A stretch of 64,000 bases of DNA from Candidatus Multivoradales bacterium (lineage in GTDB: Bacteria; Acidobacteriota; Thermoanaerobaculia; Multivoradales; Multivoraceae). The position numbers and the translations under genes are program-made. Location: positions 160,001 through 224,000 of the forward strand of contig CBDCWI010000001.1 of NCBI GenBank assembly GCA_965223325.1. The letters are read 5' to 3'. Shown one piece after another: positions 32,814 through 45,197 of this stretch (position 1 is the first letter of the stretch; every line of letters starts with the position of its first letter). The notes under the pieces are model-generated. The model saw only the letters and a list, made by a program, of their open reading frames with translations. It had not been told where the DNA came from and did not search any database.

Positions 32814-33914
32814 ATGCTCTCTGACCTGGCTCGCGAACGCTTCGGAGCCCTAGAAAAGTACCTCGACAGCTGCGAGAAGAGCGGGCGCTGGCTGGTCCTC
32901 ACGCACGACAATCCCGATCCTGACTCGCTGGCCGCCGCCGCGATCATGAAACGGGTCCTGCGAACGCGTTTCGGCCGTCGGGTCACCGCTGCCTATGGCG
33001 GCATCGTCGGTCGCGCGGAGAACTCGACCATGGTGTCGACGCTCGGTCTCGAACTCAGCCGCGTGCGACACGTGCAGTTCAGGAACTACAAACACTTCGT
33101 CCTCGTCGACACCCAGGCGCAGACCGGCAACAACCAACTGCCGACCGACATCGTCCCGGACATCGTTCTCGATCACCACCCCAAACGCAAGGCGACCCGC
33201 GACTCCCCGGTTGTCGACCTCCGCACCGACTACGGTGCCACCGCCACCATGGCGGCCGAGTACCTGCTGCTTTCGGGTCTCGAACCGACGCGCAAAGAGG
33301 CCACCGCGATCGTGTACGCGATTCGTAGCGAAACCCTCGACTTCAGCCGTGAGTCACCGGGACCGGATCGAGCGATCTATGATCACTTCTTCCAGATCGC
33401 CGACAAGCGCCTGCTCGGACGGATTCAGCGTCCGCGCCTGCCGGAGTCGTACTTCCGCACCCTGCACGATGCACTCCTAAACATGGAGATCGTCGACACC
33501 CTGGTGGTCAGCCACCTCGGCGCCGTGGATCAGCCAGACGCAGTGCCAGAAACCGCCGACCTCCTGCTGCGCATGGAGGGACGCACCTGGGCGCTGTGTA
33601 CGGGGCGCTACGAAGACCGCATCTACTGCTCGATTCGCACCACCAATCCGCGCGCCAACGCCGCCAACATCATGCGTCGGCTGCTCGGCCGGCGTGGCAA
33701 GGGCGGGGGCCACGACATGATTGCTGGAGGGTGGCTGCCCGAGGCCGACAACGACAGGGCAACTGCCGCACGCCAGGTCCAATTGGGGCAACGACTGGCG
33801 AAGCTCTTGCGCAAGAAGCCAGAACGGCTGACACCCCTCCTACAGCCTCCGGAAGCCGACGACCCAATACGCCCCGATGATGAATCCAGGGAAGAGCCAG
33901 CGGATGGAACGTAG
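32814..33914 (+). CDS. DHH-family phosphoesterase (NrnA-like)
   Basis: THDNPDPDS, VDT, DHH, GGGH..AG. Confidence 0.88.
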   Translation: MLSDLARERFGALEKYLDSCEKSGRWLVLTHDNPDPDSLAAAAIMKRVLRTRFGRRVTAAYGGIVGRAENSTMVSTLGLELSRVRHVQFRNYKHFVLVDTQAQTGNNQLPTDIVPDIVLDHHPKRKATRDSPVVDLRTDYGATATMAAEYLLLSGLEPTRKEATAIVYAIRSETLDFSRESPGPDRAIYDHFFQIADKRLLGRIQRPRLPESYFRTLHDALLNMEIVDTLVVSHLGAVDQPDAVPETADLLLRMEGRTWALCTGRYEDRIYCSIRTTNPRANAANIMRRLLGRRGKGGGHDMIAGGWLPEADNDRATAARQVQLGQRLAKLLRKKPERLTPLLQPPEADDPIRPDDESREEPADGT

Positions 33915-34485
33915 AAGTTCGGCCGCCGGTGACCTCTGGCAGCAACTGCGCGGTCGCGTCGAGGTGCTCGCCGTTCTGTTCGCGGCCATGTGGATCATCT
34001 TTGCTCTCGACCGCTTCCTGCCCCTGGAGCGCTATGGGCTCCTGCCACGAACGGTACGCGGTCTGGTTGGCATTCTGGCCATGCCGTTCCTGCACGCCGA
34101 CCTCAGTCACATCATGTCCAACTCGGCTCCCCTGGTCGTTCTACTCCTCATCCTGGCCGCCACCCGGCCGCGCCCGTTCACCGCACTGTTCTGCACCCTC
34201 CTGGCCGGCGGAACCCTGCTCTGGCTCGGCGGCCGCACAGCCCTTCACATCGGAGCCAGCGGCCTGGTCTTCGGCCTGGTGACCTACCTCATGGTGGCCG
34301 GCTGGCGCGACGGCCGGGTTCTGCCTTGGCTCGCCGCGATCGCCGTCGGCATCGCCTACGGCGGCATGTTGTGGAGCGGAGTCCTGCCATGGCAAGTCGG
34401 CCACGGAGTCTCCTGGGACGGGCACCTGGCGGGTGCCATCGGCGGCGCAGCCGTCGGCGGCTACGAACGCCGCTGCGTCACCTGA
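33904..34485 (+). CDS. Rhomboid-family intramembrane serine protease
   Basis: FLHADLSHIMSN, GASG, SWDGHLAG. Confidence 0.92.
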   Translation: MERRSSAAGDLWQQLRGRVEVLAVLFAAMWIIFALDRFLPLERYGLLPRTVRGLVGILAMPFLHADLSHIMSNSAPLVVLLLILAATRPRPFTALFCTLLAGGTLLWLGGRTALHIGASGLVFGLVTYLMVAGWRDGRVLPWLAAIAVGIAYGGMLWSGVLPWQVGHGVSWDGHLAGAIGGAAVGGYERRCVT

Positions 34486-34697
34486 CCCTCCCGCCGCCAT
34501 CCGCACGGCAGACCCGAGTGGGGACTCTGGGCGGGGCCCGCAATTTCGGCGGATCTTCCGTTCCGGCGCGAAGTGTTGGGGGGGCAATGCGCCTCGGGCG
34601 ACACTCCCTACAAGGCAGAACATGTCCGTGTCGCGATTTCAACGCCACCTTTTCGCACCCCCTTCACTTGACGGCCACTCTTTCTGGAGCCACTCCC

Positions 34698-35621
34698 ATG
34701 TCCATCAACGTTGCCTACCGCTCGCAGGTCTGGAGTCCAGACCGTAATCGCCCCACCGCCACCGCTGAGCCACCGGCAGAAGCCCCGCAGCGATTCCCCG
34801 CGACCACCGAGCCCGCGACCGAAGATCACTTCGAATCCACGACGCATTTGCGTCAACTGGTTACCTCAGCCCACGCCGCTACCAGTCCCCTCGCGGTGGC
34901 CTATGAGGCCGACGTTCACTTCGCCGAGACCTACTACCTCGCCAGGAGCGCTGGCTTCAGAGACCCGATTGCTCGAGCGATCGCCGAAGGCACGCAGAAG
35001 CCCGACCGCGACTACCGCAGCCCGGTGCCGTTGGGTAAGGAGTACCTCAAGAACGGAGCCCTTCTCGCCGCCCTGCCTCCAACTGCCGCTGGACCACGTG
35101 CACGGCTGCTGGCGCGCCAGGAAGTGATCCGCACCCTGATGCGCGAGTGGCACTTTCTCGACGACCCGAACTCGAAAGTCATCCGCCCCGGCAACGCCAC
35201 CGCGCTCGCCAAAGTACAGCGGGCGATGTCCGAAGACCCACGCACCTTCGGCGAAAGCCTGCACCCCTATCAGGACACCTGGAGCCATCAGGGGGAGCCG
35301 TCGCTGCTTTCGATCGGTCTTCCCGGCGGCCATCCGGGCAACCCCTTCTCGCACGACTGCGACCAGACCCACAACCACCCCGAGATCGCCCTCGAAGCCG
35401 CTGAAGCTACCTACGAACGGCTCCAGGAGTACGCAGCCCTGCACCCCGCCTACGTTACCGAGGAGCCGGCCTCATTCGAAGACATCCGGCCGACGCTCGA
35501 GAAGTTCATCGCCGCCGAAACCGAGACGGAGAAACTCGCGGTCGCGACCACCGAGATGGGACTGGATCTGCATGAGGCGACCCAGAACTTCATGAAACAC
35601 GACATGAGCCTGGACCACTAG
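34698..35621 (+). CDS. Hypothetical protein with putative Zn-binding (DUF6765/PLC-like) domain
   Basis: DVHFAETYYLARSAGF, WHF, LHPYQDTWSH, GH...D motifs; low-complexity N terminus; GGAG upstream of the ATG. Confidence 0.6.
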   Translation: MSINVAYRSQVWSPDRNRPTATAEPPAEAPQRFPATTEPATEDHFESTTHLRQLVTSAHAATSPLAVAYEADVHFAETYYLARSAGFRDPIARAIAEGTQKPDRDYRSPVPLGKEYLKNGALLAALPPTAAGPRARLLARQEVIRTLMREWHFLDDPNSKVIRPGNATALAKVQRAMSEDPRTFGESLHPYQDTWSHQGEPSLLSIGLPGGHPGNPFSHDCDQTHNHPEIALEAAEATYERLQEYAALHPAYVTEEPASFEDIRPTLEKFIAAETETEKLAVATTEMGLDLHEATQNFMKHDMSLDH

Positions 35622-35665
35622 GAACCGGTGGTTCACCTCCCGCGACGCTGGTGCGCGGTTGGGAC

Positions 35666-37210
35666 CTACTCCCACTCGATCGTGCCAGGTGGCTTGCTGG
35701 TGACGTCGTAGACGACACGGTTGACCCCGTCGACTTCGTTGACAATCCGGTTGGCGACCCGACCGAGGAGCTCATGGGGCAGCTGGCACCAGTCGGCAGT
35801 CATGAAGTCCTCGGTCTCGACGGCCCGCAGGGCAACGACATCGGCGTAGGTCCTGAAGTCACCCATGACGCCTACGGTCTTGATGGGAAGAAGCACCGCC
35901 AGGGCTTGGCTGGTGCGATCGTAGAGACCGGCGGCACGCAGCTCTTCGAGAAAGATCGCGTCGGCCTCTTGCAGCGTCGCAACCCGCTCGGCAGTGACCT
36001 CGCCGAGGATACGAACCGCGAGCCCTGGACCTGGGAACGGATGCCGGCCAATGAACTCTTCGGCCAGCCCGAGCTCGCGACCGAGCTGGCGGACCTCGTC
36101 TTTGAACAGAAAACGCAGGGGCTCGATGAGCTCGAAGCCGAGCTTCTCCGGCAATCCACCGACATTGTGATGCGTCTTGATGGTCGCCGAAGGCCCGTTG
36201 ACCGAAACCGATTCGATGACGTCTGGATAAAGCGTGCCCTGAGCGAGAAACTTCGCGCCCTCGATCTTTTTCGCCTCGCGCTGGAAGACATCGATGAAGG
36301 TGGCACCGATTGCTTTGCGTTTGGCTTCCGGTTCGGTCACCCCGGCGAGCTTGCCAAGGAACTCCTGGCGGGCGTCTACGACCACCACCGGCAGCCCCAG
36401 ACCGTCGCGCAGACTGGTGGTCACCTGCTCGCGTTCACCCTTGCGCAGCACGCCGTTGTCAACGAACACGGCGGTCAGTTGGTCACCGATGGCGCGCGAT
36501 AGAAGCGTCGCGACGACTGACGAGTCGACGCCACCCGAAAGGGCACACAAGACGCGCTCCGAACCAACCCGCGCCCGCACCTCAGCGGTGGCCTCCTCGA
36601 GGTAGTTCGACATCTTCCAGGCGCCCGTTGCACCGCAGGCGTCGAAGAGAAAGTTGCGGAGAATCTGGGTGCCACCAGCTGTATGGGTGACCTCGGGGTG
36701 GAACTGAATGCCAAATCGCTTCGCCGCCGGACTCTCGAAGGCGACGATCGGCGTACTTTCTGTGCTCGCCAGTACCGACCAGCCAGCCGGCGCGCCAACG
36801 ACCTTGTCTCCGTGGCTCATCCAAACCGTTTCCCGATCGGCGAGGCCGCTCAACAGATGCCCGCGCTCGCCCACCCCAATCTCGGTGCGCCCATACTCGC
36901 GCACTCCGTCGTGCGAGACCTCTCCACCACAGCGCAGAGCCATCAGCTGCATGCCGTAGCAGATTCCTAGAATGGGAACTGGCAGCTCCTCGAGCAACCC
37001 CTCGCGGGGATGAGGCGCACCATCGGCATACACCGAATCGGGCCCACCCGACAAGATGACGCCGATCGGGGCCCGCTTCTCGACCTCTTGCAGTGAGATG
37101 TCGAAAGGGTGGATCTCGCAGTAGACACCCTGTTCGCGCACCCGTCGGGCGATGAGCTGGGTGTACTGCCCGCCGAAATCGAGAACGAGGACGGTCTGGT
37201 GTTCGGACAT
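35666..37210 (-). CDS. guaA: GMP synthase (glutamine-hydrolysing)
   Basis: LDFGGQYTQLIARR, GICYGMQ, QFHPEV, SGGVDS, IKTHHNVGG, KPPGTIEWE. Confidence 0.98.
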   Translation of the reverse strand: MSEHQTVLVLDFGGQYTQLIARRVREQGVYCEIHPFDISLQEVEKRAPIGVILSGGPDSVYADGAPHPREGLLEELPVPILGICYGMQLMALRCGGEVSHDGVREYGRTEIGVGERGHLLSGLADRETVWMSHGDKVVGAPAGWSVLASTESTPIVAFESPAAKRFGIQFHPEVTHTAGGTQILRNFLFDACGATGAWKMSNYLEEATAEVRARVGSERVLCALSGGVDSSVVATLLSRAIGDQLTAVFVDNGVLRKGEREQVTTSLRDGLGLPVVVVDARQEFLGKLAGVTEPEAKRKAIGATFIDVFQREAKKIEGAKFLAQGTLYPDVIESVSVNGPSATIKTHHNVGGLPEKLGFELIEPLRFLFKDEVRQLGRELGLAEEFIGRHPFPGPGLAVRILGEVTAERVATLQEADAIFLEELRAAGLYDRTSQALAVLLPIKTVGVMGDFRTYADVVALRAVETEDFMTADWCQLPHELLGRVANRIVNEVDGVNRVVYDVTSKPPGTIEWE

Positions 37211-37328
37211 GAAGGTAGGGCTCGGAATGGTTCGCCAGGAGCGAGTGATCGGTTCGCCCGACCATCTCACTAATGGCGGCCGACTACAACGCCCAATCCC
37301 GATCGGGCTGGTCCAACCACGGCGAGCG

Positions 37329-38369
37329 CTAGAAGACGGCTTCGTCCTTGAGATCACGCTGCATGAGCTCTTCAACGGCGGTGCGCGGCGCCTTGTCGTC
37401 GTAGAGCACCGCAACCATCTGCTGCGTGATGGGCATTTCCACGCCACGCTGACGGGCAAGGAGTGCAAGGGTGCGCGCGTTCTTGACCCCCTCGGCCACC
37501 ATCGAAGTGGCGGCCTGGATCTCTTCCAGGCTGCGGCCGCGGGCCAACTCGATCCCCGTCGAGCGGTTACGCGACAGGCCGCCGGTACAGGTCAAGACCA
37601 GATCGCCCATCCCCGCGAGCCCTGAGAAGGTGCGCTGACGGCCACCGGAGGCGAGGCCCAGCCGGGTGACTTCGTGCAGGCCGCGGGTCATGAGCGCAGC
37701 GAGGGTGTTCGAACCAAAGCCGAGGCCAGCGGCGCAACCCGAGGCAATCGCAATGACGTTCTTGGCGGTGCCGCCGATCTCGACCCCCACGACATCCGAA
37801 CTCGAGTAGAGCCTGAGGTTGTTGGCTGAAAACAAATCACGAATGCGTGCCGCGAGCCCGGCCTCTTCGGACGCCACCACCGCTGCAGTTGGCTGACCAC
37901 TGGCGAGCTCGGCCGCAAAGCTCGGCCCACTGACCACCGCGAAGTGGATCTCGCGGTTGACCGCCAGCCCCTCCTCGAAACACACCTGGCTCATCCGCGC
38001 GGTGGTTTCGGCCTCGATGCCCTTGGTCGCCGAGACCACGACCAGCGGTGTCGGAACCGCACCGCGCCGTGGTCCGGGATGGTGCTCGAGGTAGTCGCGC
38101 AAAACTGCCCGAAAGCCATGCGAGGGCACGACGACCAGCAGAACTTCGGCGTCGCCGAGGGTCGAGAGCTCCGAGGTCACGGCCAGACTCTCGGGCCAGA
38201 GAGCGTCGGGCAGGTAGCGCGAGTTGTGGCGCTCGGTCTCCAGGAGCGCGGCGAAGGCCGCGTCGCGTGCCCACAGCGTCACGCCAGGGTGGCTGCGGGC
38301 GAGGTGGACCGCGAGCGCGGTGCCCCATGAACCCGCCCCGAGGACGGCGATGGAGGTCGTTTCAGTCAT
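37329..38369 (-). CDS. gpsA: NAD(P)H-dependent glycerol-3-phosphate dehydrogenase
   Basis: GAGSWGTAL, TKGIE, SGPSFA, KNVIAIA, GDLVLTC..SRN. Confidence 0.97.
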   Translation of the reverse strand: MTETTSIAVLGAGSWGTALAVHLARSHPGVTLWARDAAFAALLETERHNSRYLPDALWPESLAVTSELSTLGDAEVLLVVVPSHGFRAVLRDYLEHHPGPRRGAVPTPLVVVSATKGIEAETTARMSQVCFEEGLAVNREIHFAVVSGPSFAAELASGQPTAAVVASEEAGLAARIRDLFSANNLRLYSSSDVVGVEIGGTAKNVIAIASGCAAGLGFGSNTLAALMTRGLHEVTRLGLASGGRQRTFSGLAGMGDLVLTCTGGLSRNRSTGIELARGRSLEEIQAATSMVAEGVKNARTLALLARQRGVEMPITQQMVAVLYDDKAPRTAVEELMQRDLKDEAVF

Positions 38370-38411
38370 CTGAGTCTCGAGGGCGCTCGTTCCGCGGTCT
38401 TCTCTTTCGGC

Positions 38412-39098
38412 CTACACACCGGCATCTTCTTCCTCGAACGATTCCGCGTTGGCGCCATCGTCGAGCGTAACCTTTTCGCCGATCTTGTTTTCTTGACCGT
38501 CGATGAGCCGTGCCAGGTTGGCGCGATGTTTCCACACGACGAGCGCCGCGATCGTGGACGAGCCGGCGACCAGGGCGCGGTATCCGTCGGCCTCACTCTG
38601 TCCTGTCCAGCCGGCCAGTTCGAGGCCGAGTGCCAGCATCGGGAACGTGAATGCCGCCAGAATCGAGCCCAGCGAGACATAACGCGTGACAAGAACGACC
38701 ACTACGAAAACCGCCAGAGCACCGAGCGTCGCCAGGGGAATCAAGGTTCCGAGCGTGCCAGCGGCAGTGGCAACACCCTTGCCCCCTCGGAAGCCGAAGA
38801 ACAGCGGATAGACATGGCCGAGGACCGCCGCGAAGCCCACCGCCGCCACCACCACCGGCGACACCTCGAGGGCACGCGCCACCGCCACCGCCAATGCACC
38901 CTTCCCGGCATCGAGCAGCAGCGCGAGGAGAGCCGGCCCGCGTCCAGCGGTGCGCAGAACGTTGGTCGCACCGGCATTGCCGCTGCCCACGGTTCGAACG
39001 TCGATCCCTTTGAGCATTCGCACCAGCAGGTAACTGAATGAAATCGAGCCCAGCAGGTAGGCCAGGACGATGGGGATGATGTTCGCGAGGCTAGTCAC
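38412..39098 (-). CDS. plsY: Glycerol-3-phosphate acyltransferase PlsY
   Basis: YLLGSI, GSGNAGATNVLR, GHVYP.F.GFRGGKGVAT, HRANLARL. Confidence 0.96.
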   Translation of the reverse strand: MTSLANIIPIVLAYLLGSISFSYLLVRMLKGIDVRTVGSGNAGATNVLRTAGRGPALLALLLDAGKGALAVAVARALEVSPVVVAAVGFAAVLGHVYPLFFGFRGGKGVATAAGTLGTLIPLATLGALAVFVVVVLVTRYVSLGSILAAFTFPMLALGLELAGWTGQSEADGYRALVAGSSTIAALVVWKHRANLARLIDGQENKIGEKVTLDDGANAESFEEEDAGV

Positions 39099-40472
39099 TT
39101 AGCGTGCCGCCTCCCCCGCTTCGCGGGCCGTCCCGACCTGGGGCATGTCCTCGAGACCGAGGACTCGCCGCCGTACCAGCTCGAGCGCCCACTGGGTCGT
39201 CAGGCGACGGATCATCTCGCGGTCGCCGGGAAAACGCGCCGCGTAGTGCGTCGTCGCTCGGCCATCGGCCGACGCCACCGCCAAGTGCACCCGGCCCACC
39301 GGTTTCTCGGCAGTCCCGCCGCCGGGTCCGGCAATACCGGTGATCGAGACGGCAAGGGCGCCGCCCAACGAACGAAGCGCCCCCTCTGCCATAGCGCGCG
39401 CTACCGGCTCCGAAACCGCACCATGCTCCGTCAGGAGCTCCTGCGGCACACCCAGTAAGTCCCGCTTGAGATCGTTGGTGTAGGAAACCACTCCACCAAG
39501 AAAGAACGCGCTCGACCCCGGAACCGCGGTCAAACGCCCGCCCAGTTGGCCACCGGTGCACGACTCTGCGGTGACCAGGGTGAGATCCGCCGCGCACAGC
39601 GCATGACCCACCGCATGCTCGAGGTCATAGGACGGCCGCTCGGGCCGACGGCCGGAAGTGAGTGGCTCGGCGGCGTCGAACATCGCATCACCCACGGCTT
39701 CGGCGAGCGCCTGGCGCAGCTCCTCGGTCTCTTGCTCTTCGCCCGGTCGTACGCGAATGCGAAGCCTGATGTCACCGGGAGGTGATGCCAGAACGGTCAG
39801 CCGGTGGCGCCCGAACTGTTGCCAGAGTTCACCGATTCTCTCTTCGACCAGCGACTCCGGGAGGCAGGCGACGCGCATCTCGACTTCCCATGCGGCGCGC
39901 GCTGGATCGCCATGGCGCTCGAGCCACTCGGCGACCGCCGTATCGACCAGTGCCTCGAACTCGTGGGGTACTCCGGGGAGGAGGAAGACCGTCGTGCCGT
40001 CGTGTTGAAGACTCTGCGCGGGCGCAGTGCCGTTGGGGTTGGGAATGACCGTCGCGCCCGCGATGACCTCGGCCTGGCGACGGTTCACCTCGGGCATCCT
40101 CCTTTCCATGCGGCGATAGCGGTCTTCGATCGCCGCCATGGCGCCGCCGTGGTGCTCGAGGGCTCGACCGGTCCAGCGCGCTACGGCTTCGCGCGTCAGG
40201 TCATCGGCCGTCGGTCCGAGACCACCGCTGACAACGATCAGTTCGGCGCGCTCGGCAAGGTTGGCAAGGGCGGCGGCAATCTCCAGGACGTCGTCGTCGA
40301 TCACCGACTTCTGCCCGAGAACGCACCCCGACTCGATGAGCCTACGGGTGAAGTGGAGGGAGTTGGTGTCGAGCCGTTCGGTTCCGAGGAGCTCAGAGCC
40401 CACCGCCAGGAAGGCGGCCCGGACCTGGGCCGTCGGGCGGTCGCTAGCCGTCGTCTCCACCTCTTGAGTCAT
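39099..40472 (-). CDS. cinA: CinA-family protein (MoCF-like domain plus NMN deamidase)
   Basis: GSELL..DTN, GGLGPTADD, LPGVP, AESCTGG, SITGIAGPGG. Confidence 0.93.
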   Translation of the reverse strand: MTQEVETTASDRPTAQVRAAFLAVGSELLGTERLDTNSLHFTRRLIESGCVLGQKSVIDDDVLEIAAALANLAERAELIVVSGGLGPTADDLTREAVARWTGRALEHHGGAMAAIEDRYRRMERRMPEVNRRQAEVIAGATVIPNPNGTAPAQSLQHDGTTVFLLPGVPHEFEALVDTAVAEWLERHGDPARAAWEVEMRVACLPESLVEERIGELWQQFGRHRLTVLASPPGDIRLRIRVRPGEEQETEELRQALAEAVGDAMFDAAEPLTSGRRPERPSYDLEHAVGHALCAADLTLVTAESCTGGQLGGRLTAVPGSSAFFLGGVVSYTNDLKRDLLGVPQELLTEHGAVSEPVARAMAEGALRSLGGALAVSITGIAGPGGGTAEKPVGRVHLAVASADGRATTHYAARFPGDREMIRRLTTQWALELVRRRVLGLEDMPQVGTAREAGEAAR

Positions 40473-41752
40473 CCAACGCGCAGCGAGGCCAGCACGATGC
40501 AGTCGCAGAGCAGCTCGGTTGCCGCTTCGACCTCCTCGAGCGGCGGCAGGCTGGGGGCCAGCCGCAGGTTCGAGTCGGTCGGGTCGTTGCCGTGCGGCCA
40601 GGTGGCACCAGCAGGCGTGAGCTTGACTCCGGCGTCTCTTGCCAAGTCGACAACCCGCTTCGCCTGACCGGGAAGCGTATCGAGCGACACGAAGTAACCG
40701 CCTGCCGGCCTCGTCCATCGAGCCAGTCCGGTCTCGCCGAGCCGGTCATCGAGGATGCGCGCAACGGCCTCGAACTTCGGGCGCAGAATGTCGGCATGGC
40801 GACGCATGTGGGCCTCGAGCCCAGACCGATCCTTGAAGAAGCGCACATGCCGCAGTTCGTTGAGCTTGTCGGGGCCAATCGTCTGGATCGAGCGCGCGTC
40901 GAGAATCCACTCGACGTTTCTGGGGCTCGCCGCAACGGCGGAAATGCCCGCGCCCGCCAACGAGATCTTGGATGTCGAGCCAAAGATCAAGGGGCGCTCC
41001 GCGTGACCCGCCTCGCTAGCAAGAGCCAGGATGTCTTCGAGGGTTGCTGTCTCATCGCCGAGCGAGTGGACGGCGTAGGCGTCATCCCAGAAGATGCGAA
41101 AGTCGGGCGCGGCGGCCTCCATCTCGGCAAGCGCCCGTACGACTTCCGGGCTGTAGACCTGGCCGCTCGGGTTGCTGTAGCGCGGCACGCAGAACATGCC
41201 CTTGGTGTTTTCGCTCTCGGTGACCAGCGCTCGCACCTGGTCAAGGTCGGGGCCGTCGTCGAGCAGCGGCACCGGCACCATCTCGATGCCGTAGCGCGCC
41301 AGGACCGAGAAGTGACGGTCGTAACCCGGGACCGGGCAAACGAATCGCACTGGGTCGCTGCTGGAGCCGCTGTCGACCCATGGTCCGCGACCATCGGGCA
41401 CGCCCTTGAGCAGAGCCTGCACCACAAGATCGTGCATCAGCTCGAGGCTCGAGTTGTTGCCGAGCACGATCTGCTCGGCGGGTTGGCCGAGTAGCGCGCC
41501 CATGAGCTCGCAGGCCTCGGGCAGCCCACGCAGGACACCATAGTTGCGGGCGTCGGTGCCGTCGCTGGCGACTGCGTTCTCCACCGTAACCGTCTCGAGC
41601 AGGCCTCGGGAGAGTTCGAGCTGGGCCGTGGACGGCTTACCGCGGGTCAAGTCGAGTGCCCGGCCACTGGCGGCGAAGGCGCGGTAGCTCGCCTCGGCTC
41701 TTTCGATCAGGGCTTGCCTGGTCTGCTCGTCGATGGCAGCGGTGGACGCCAT
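40469..41752 (-). CDS. PLP-dependent aminotransferase (aspartate aminotransferase type)
   Basis: LDLTRGKP, RNYG, PVPGYDRHF, YSNP, WDDAY, STSK, LRLAP. Confidence 0.9.
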   Translation of the reverse strand: MASTAAIDEQTRQALIERAEASYRAFAASGRALDLTRGKPSTAQLELSRGLLETVTVENAVASDGTDARNYGVLRGLPEACELMGALLGQPAEQIVLGNNSSLELMHDLVVQALLKGVPDGRGPWVDSGSSSDPVRFVCPVPGYDRHFSVLARYGIEMVPVPLLDDGPDLDQVRALVTESENTKGMFCVPRYSNPSGQVYSPEVVRALAEMEAAAPDFRIFWDDAYAVHSLGDETATLEDILALASEAGHAERPLIFGSTSKISLAGAGISAVAASPRNVEWILDARSIQTIGPDKLNELRHVRFFKDRSGLEAHMRRHADILRPKFEAVARILDDRLGETGLARWTRPAGGYFVSLDTLPGQAKRVVDLARDAGVKLTPAGATWPHGNDPTDSNLRLAPSLPPLEEVEAATELLCDCIVLASLRVG

Positions 41753-41753
41753 C

Positions 41754-42956
41754 TCAGCGCCCACCAAGAGCGCTGCCCGCTCCCTCGCTGGCAGTCGGTG
41801 CGTAAGTCAGTCGGTAGATCGCGTTCTGGTAGTCGTCGGAAATCAGGAGCGAACCGTCTGGAAGCTCGAGCAGATCGGCGGGGCGCCCCCAGAACTTGCG
41901 CTTGCCACCCTCTGACTCGGCGAGCCAGCCCGCGACCAGCGGCTCGTACGACGTGGGACTGCCGTCGTCCCCCAGGGTGACGGCCGTGATTCGGTAGCCA
42001 ATCGGCACCTTGCGGTTCCACGATCCGTGCTCGGCGATCAACACTGCGCCCCGATAGGCCGCCGGCAACATCGTTCCGCGGTAGAACTTCATACCGATCG
42101 CGGCGGTGTGAGGGGCGAGATTCTGCGCCGGCGGCTGGCTGTCGGTACAGGAGCCGGTGCTGCCCAGTTCGGGATCTTCGATCGCCTTGCCATGGCAGAA
42201 GGGATAGCCGAAGTGAAGCCCCTTCGTGGGTGCGCGGTTGAGCTCGTCGGGCGGTGTGTCTTCGCCGAGCATGTCGCGGCCGTTGTCGGTGAACCACAGT
42301 TCGCCCGTTTCTGGATGCCAATCCATGCCAACCGTGTTTCGAACTCCGCGGGCGAAGACCTCGTAGGTGCCAGTCTCGAGGTCGAGAGCCAGGATGGAGG
42401 CGTAGGGGTCTTCGACCGCGCAGATGTTGCAGGGCGCGCCGACCTGGAACCAGAGCCGGCCCTTCGGACCGAACGCCAGGTACTTCCAGCCGTGATGCGC
42501 CTCCTCGGGAAGGCCCTCGAGGACAACGGCCGGCTCGGGAGGCGAATCGAGCTGGTTGTCGATGTCGTCGAAGCGCAGGATGCGATGGACCTCGGCAACG
42601 TAGAGAGCACCGTCGCGCCAGGCCACACCATTGGGCATGTTGAGCCCCGCAGCGATCTCAATCACCTGGCGTTCGCCTCCTCGATCGACAATGGCGTGCA
42701 CGACGCCCTTCTCCCGGCGCTGCCGGCTGCCGACGAAAACCACCCCGGTGTCGCTGCGGGTCAGCGACCGAGCTCCCTGGACGCCCTCTGCCCAGAGGGA
42801 GATCTCGAAGCCTGGCGGCATCGAGAGAGTGTCGAGCCGCGGGGCAGGAGGTGCGGCCGCGCCCGGCGCGGCGAGGAAGGGGGCCACGGCGAGAGCTCCC
42901 AAGAGCCAGGCGGAGATCGGATGGTTCGCCGATGAGAAGGGATGGGTTCGAGACAT
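41754..42956 (-). CDS. Secreted PQQ-dependent sugar/sorbosone dehydrogenase-family protein
   Basis: Signal peptide, GAPCNIC, GVRN, TDNGRD, PDELN, HGSWNR, GRPAD, ISDD. Confidence 0.9.
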   Translation of the reverse strand: MSRTHPFSSANHPISAWLLGALAVAPFLAAPGAAAPPAPRLDTLSMPPGFEISLWAEGVQGARSLTRSDTGVVFVGSRQRREKGVVHAIVDRGGERQVIEIAAGLNMPNGVAWRDGALYVAEVHRILRFDDIDNQLDSPPEPAVVLEGLPEEAHHGWKYLAFGPKGRLWFQVGAPCNICAVEDPYASILALDLETGTYEVFARGVRNTVGMDWHPETGELWFTDNGRDMLGEDTPPDELNRAPTKGLHFGYPFCHGKAIEDPELGSTGSCTDSQPPAQNLAPHTAAIGMKFYRGTMLPAAYRGAVLIAEHGSWNRKVPIGYRITAVTLGDDGSPTSYEPLVAGWLAESEGGKRKFWGRPADLLELPDGSLLISDDYQNAIYRLTYAPTASEGAGSALGGR

Positions 42957-43181
42957 GTGTTGGCTCCGAAACTGAGGAGAGTCCGTAGGGGATGGACGGA
43001 TAGTAGCGCCCTGTCGCGAGCCGTGTCGGTGCCGGTCAGGGTCGCGAGAGGGTGGTTCGGCGGTTGGGGGAAGTGGAGGCTCGTGCCAAGCGCCACCAAC
43101 CTTGGTAAACTTGTATTCCTGCGCCACCCGCTTCCCGCGCTGCGCACTCACCTCCTCTGACAAGAAGGCCTTCGAACCCCG

Positions 43182-44942
<1,761 letters not shown>

Positions 44943-44968
44943 CCGCAGCCGCGCCCCCGCCCACCCAC

Positions 44969-44989
44969 CACACAGTCGGGGCGACTTTT
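44969..44989. repeat. REP-like hairpin CACACAGTCGGGGCGACTTTT downstream of the RAYT-like gene
   Basis: AGTCG-GGG-CGACT stem; inverted relatives at 46246-46268 and 46316-46336. Confidence 0.5.
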
Positions 44990-45197
44990 CAAACGCCGCT
45001 ACGGCGGCGGCGCTGCCGGGGCGCCAGCATCGGCCTCACGGGACCAGTTCCACGCCTCCCGAGACCGTTTCAGCTCTTTCGAAGCGCCCCCAAAGCCACT
45101 CCAGCCCTTTCTGCCACCGCCTAGACGCAGCTCCGCCGGACCCACGTCTCCGCGGGCTGACTGGGCGTCCTGTCGCCTGCATTACCCGCGCTTTGGG

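Noticed and set aside
37211-37328. Purine riboswitch upstream of guaA
   Set aside because: No recognisable aptamer consensus.
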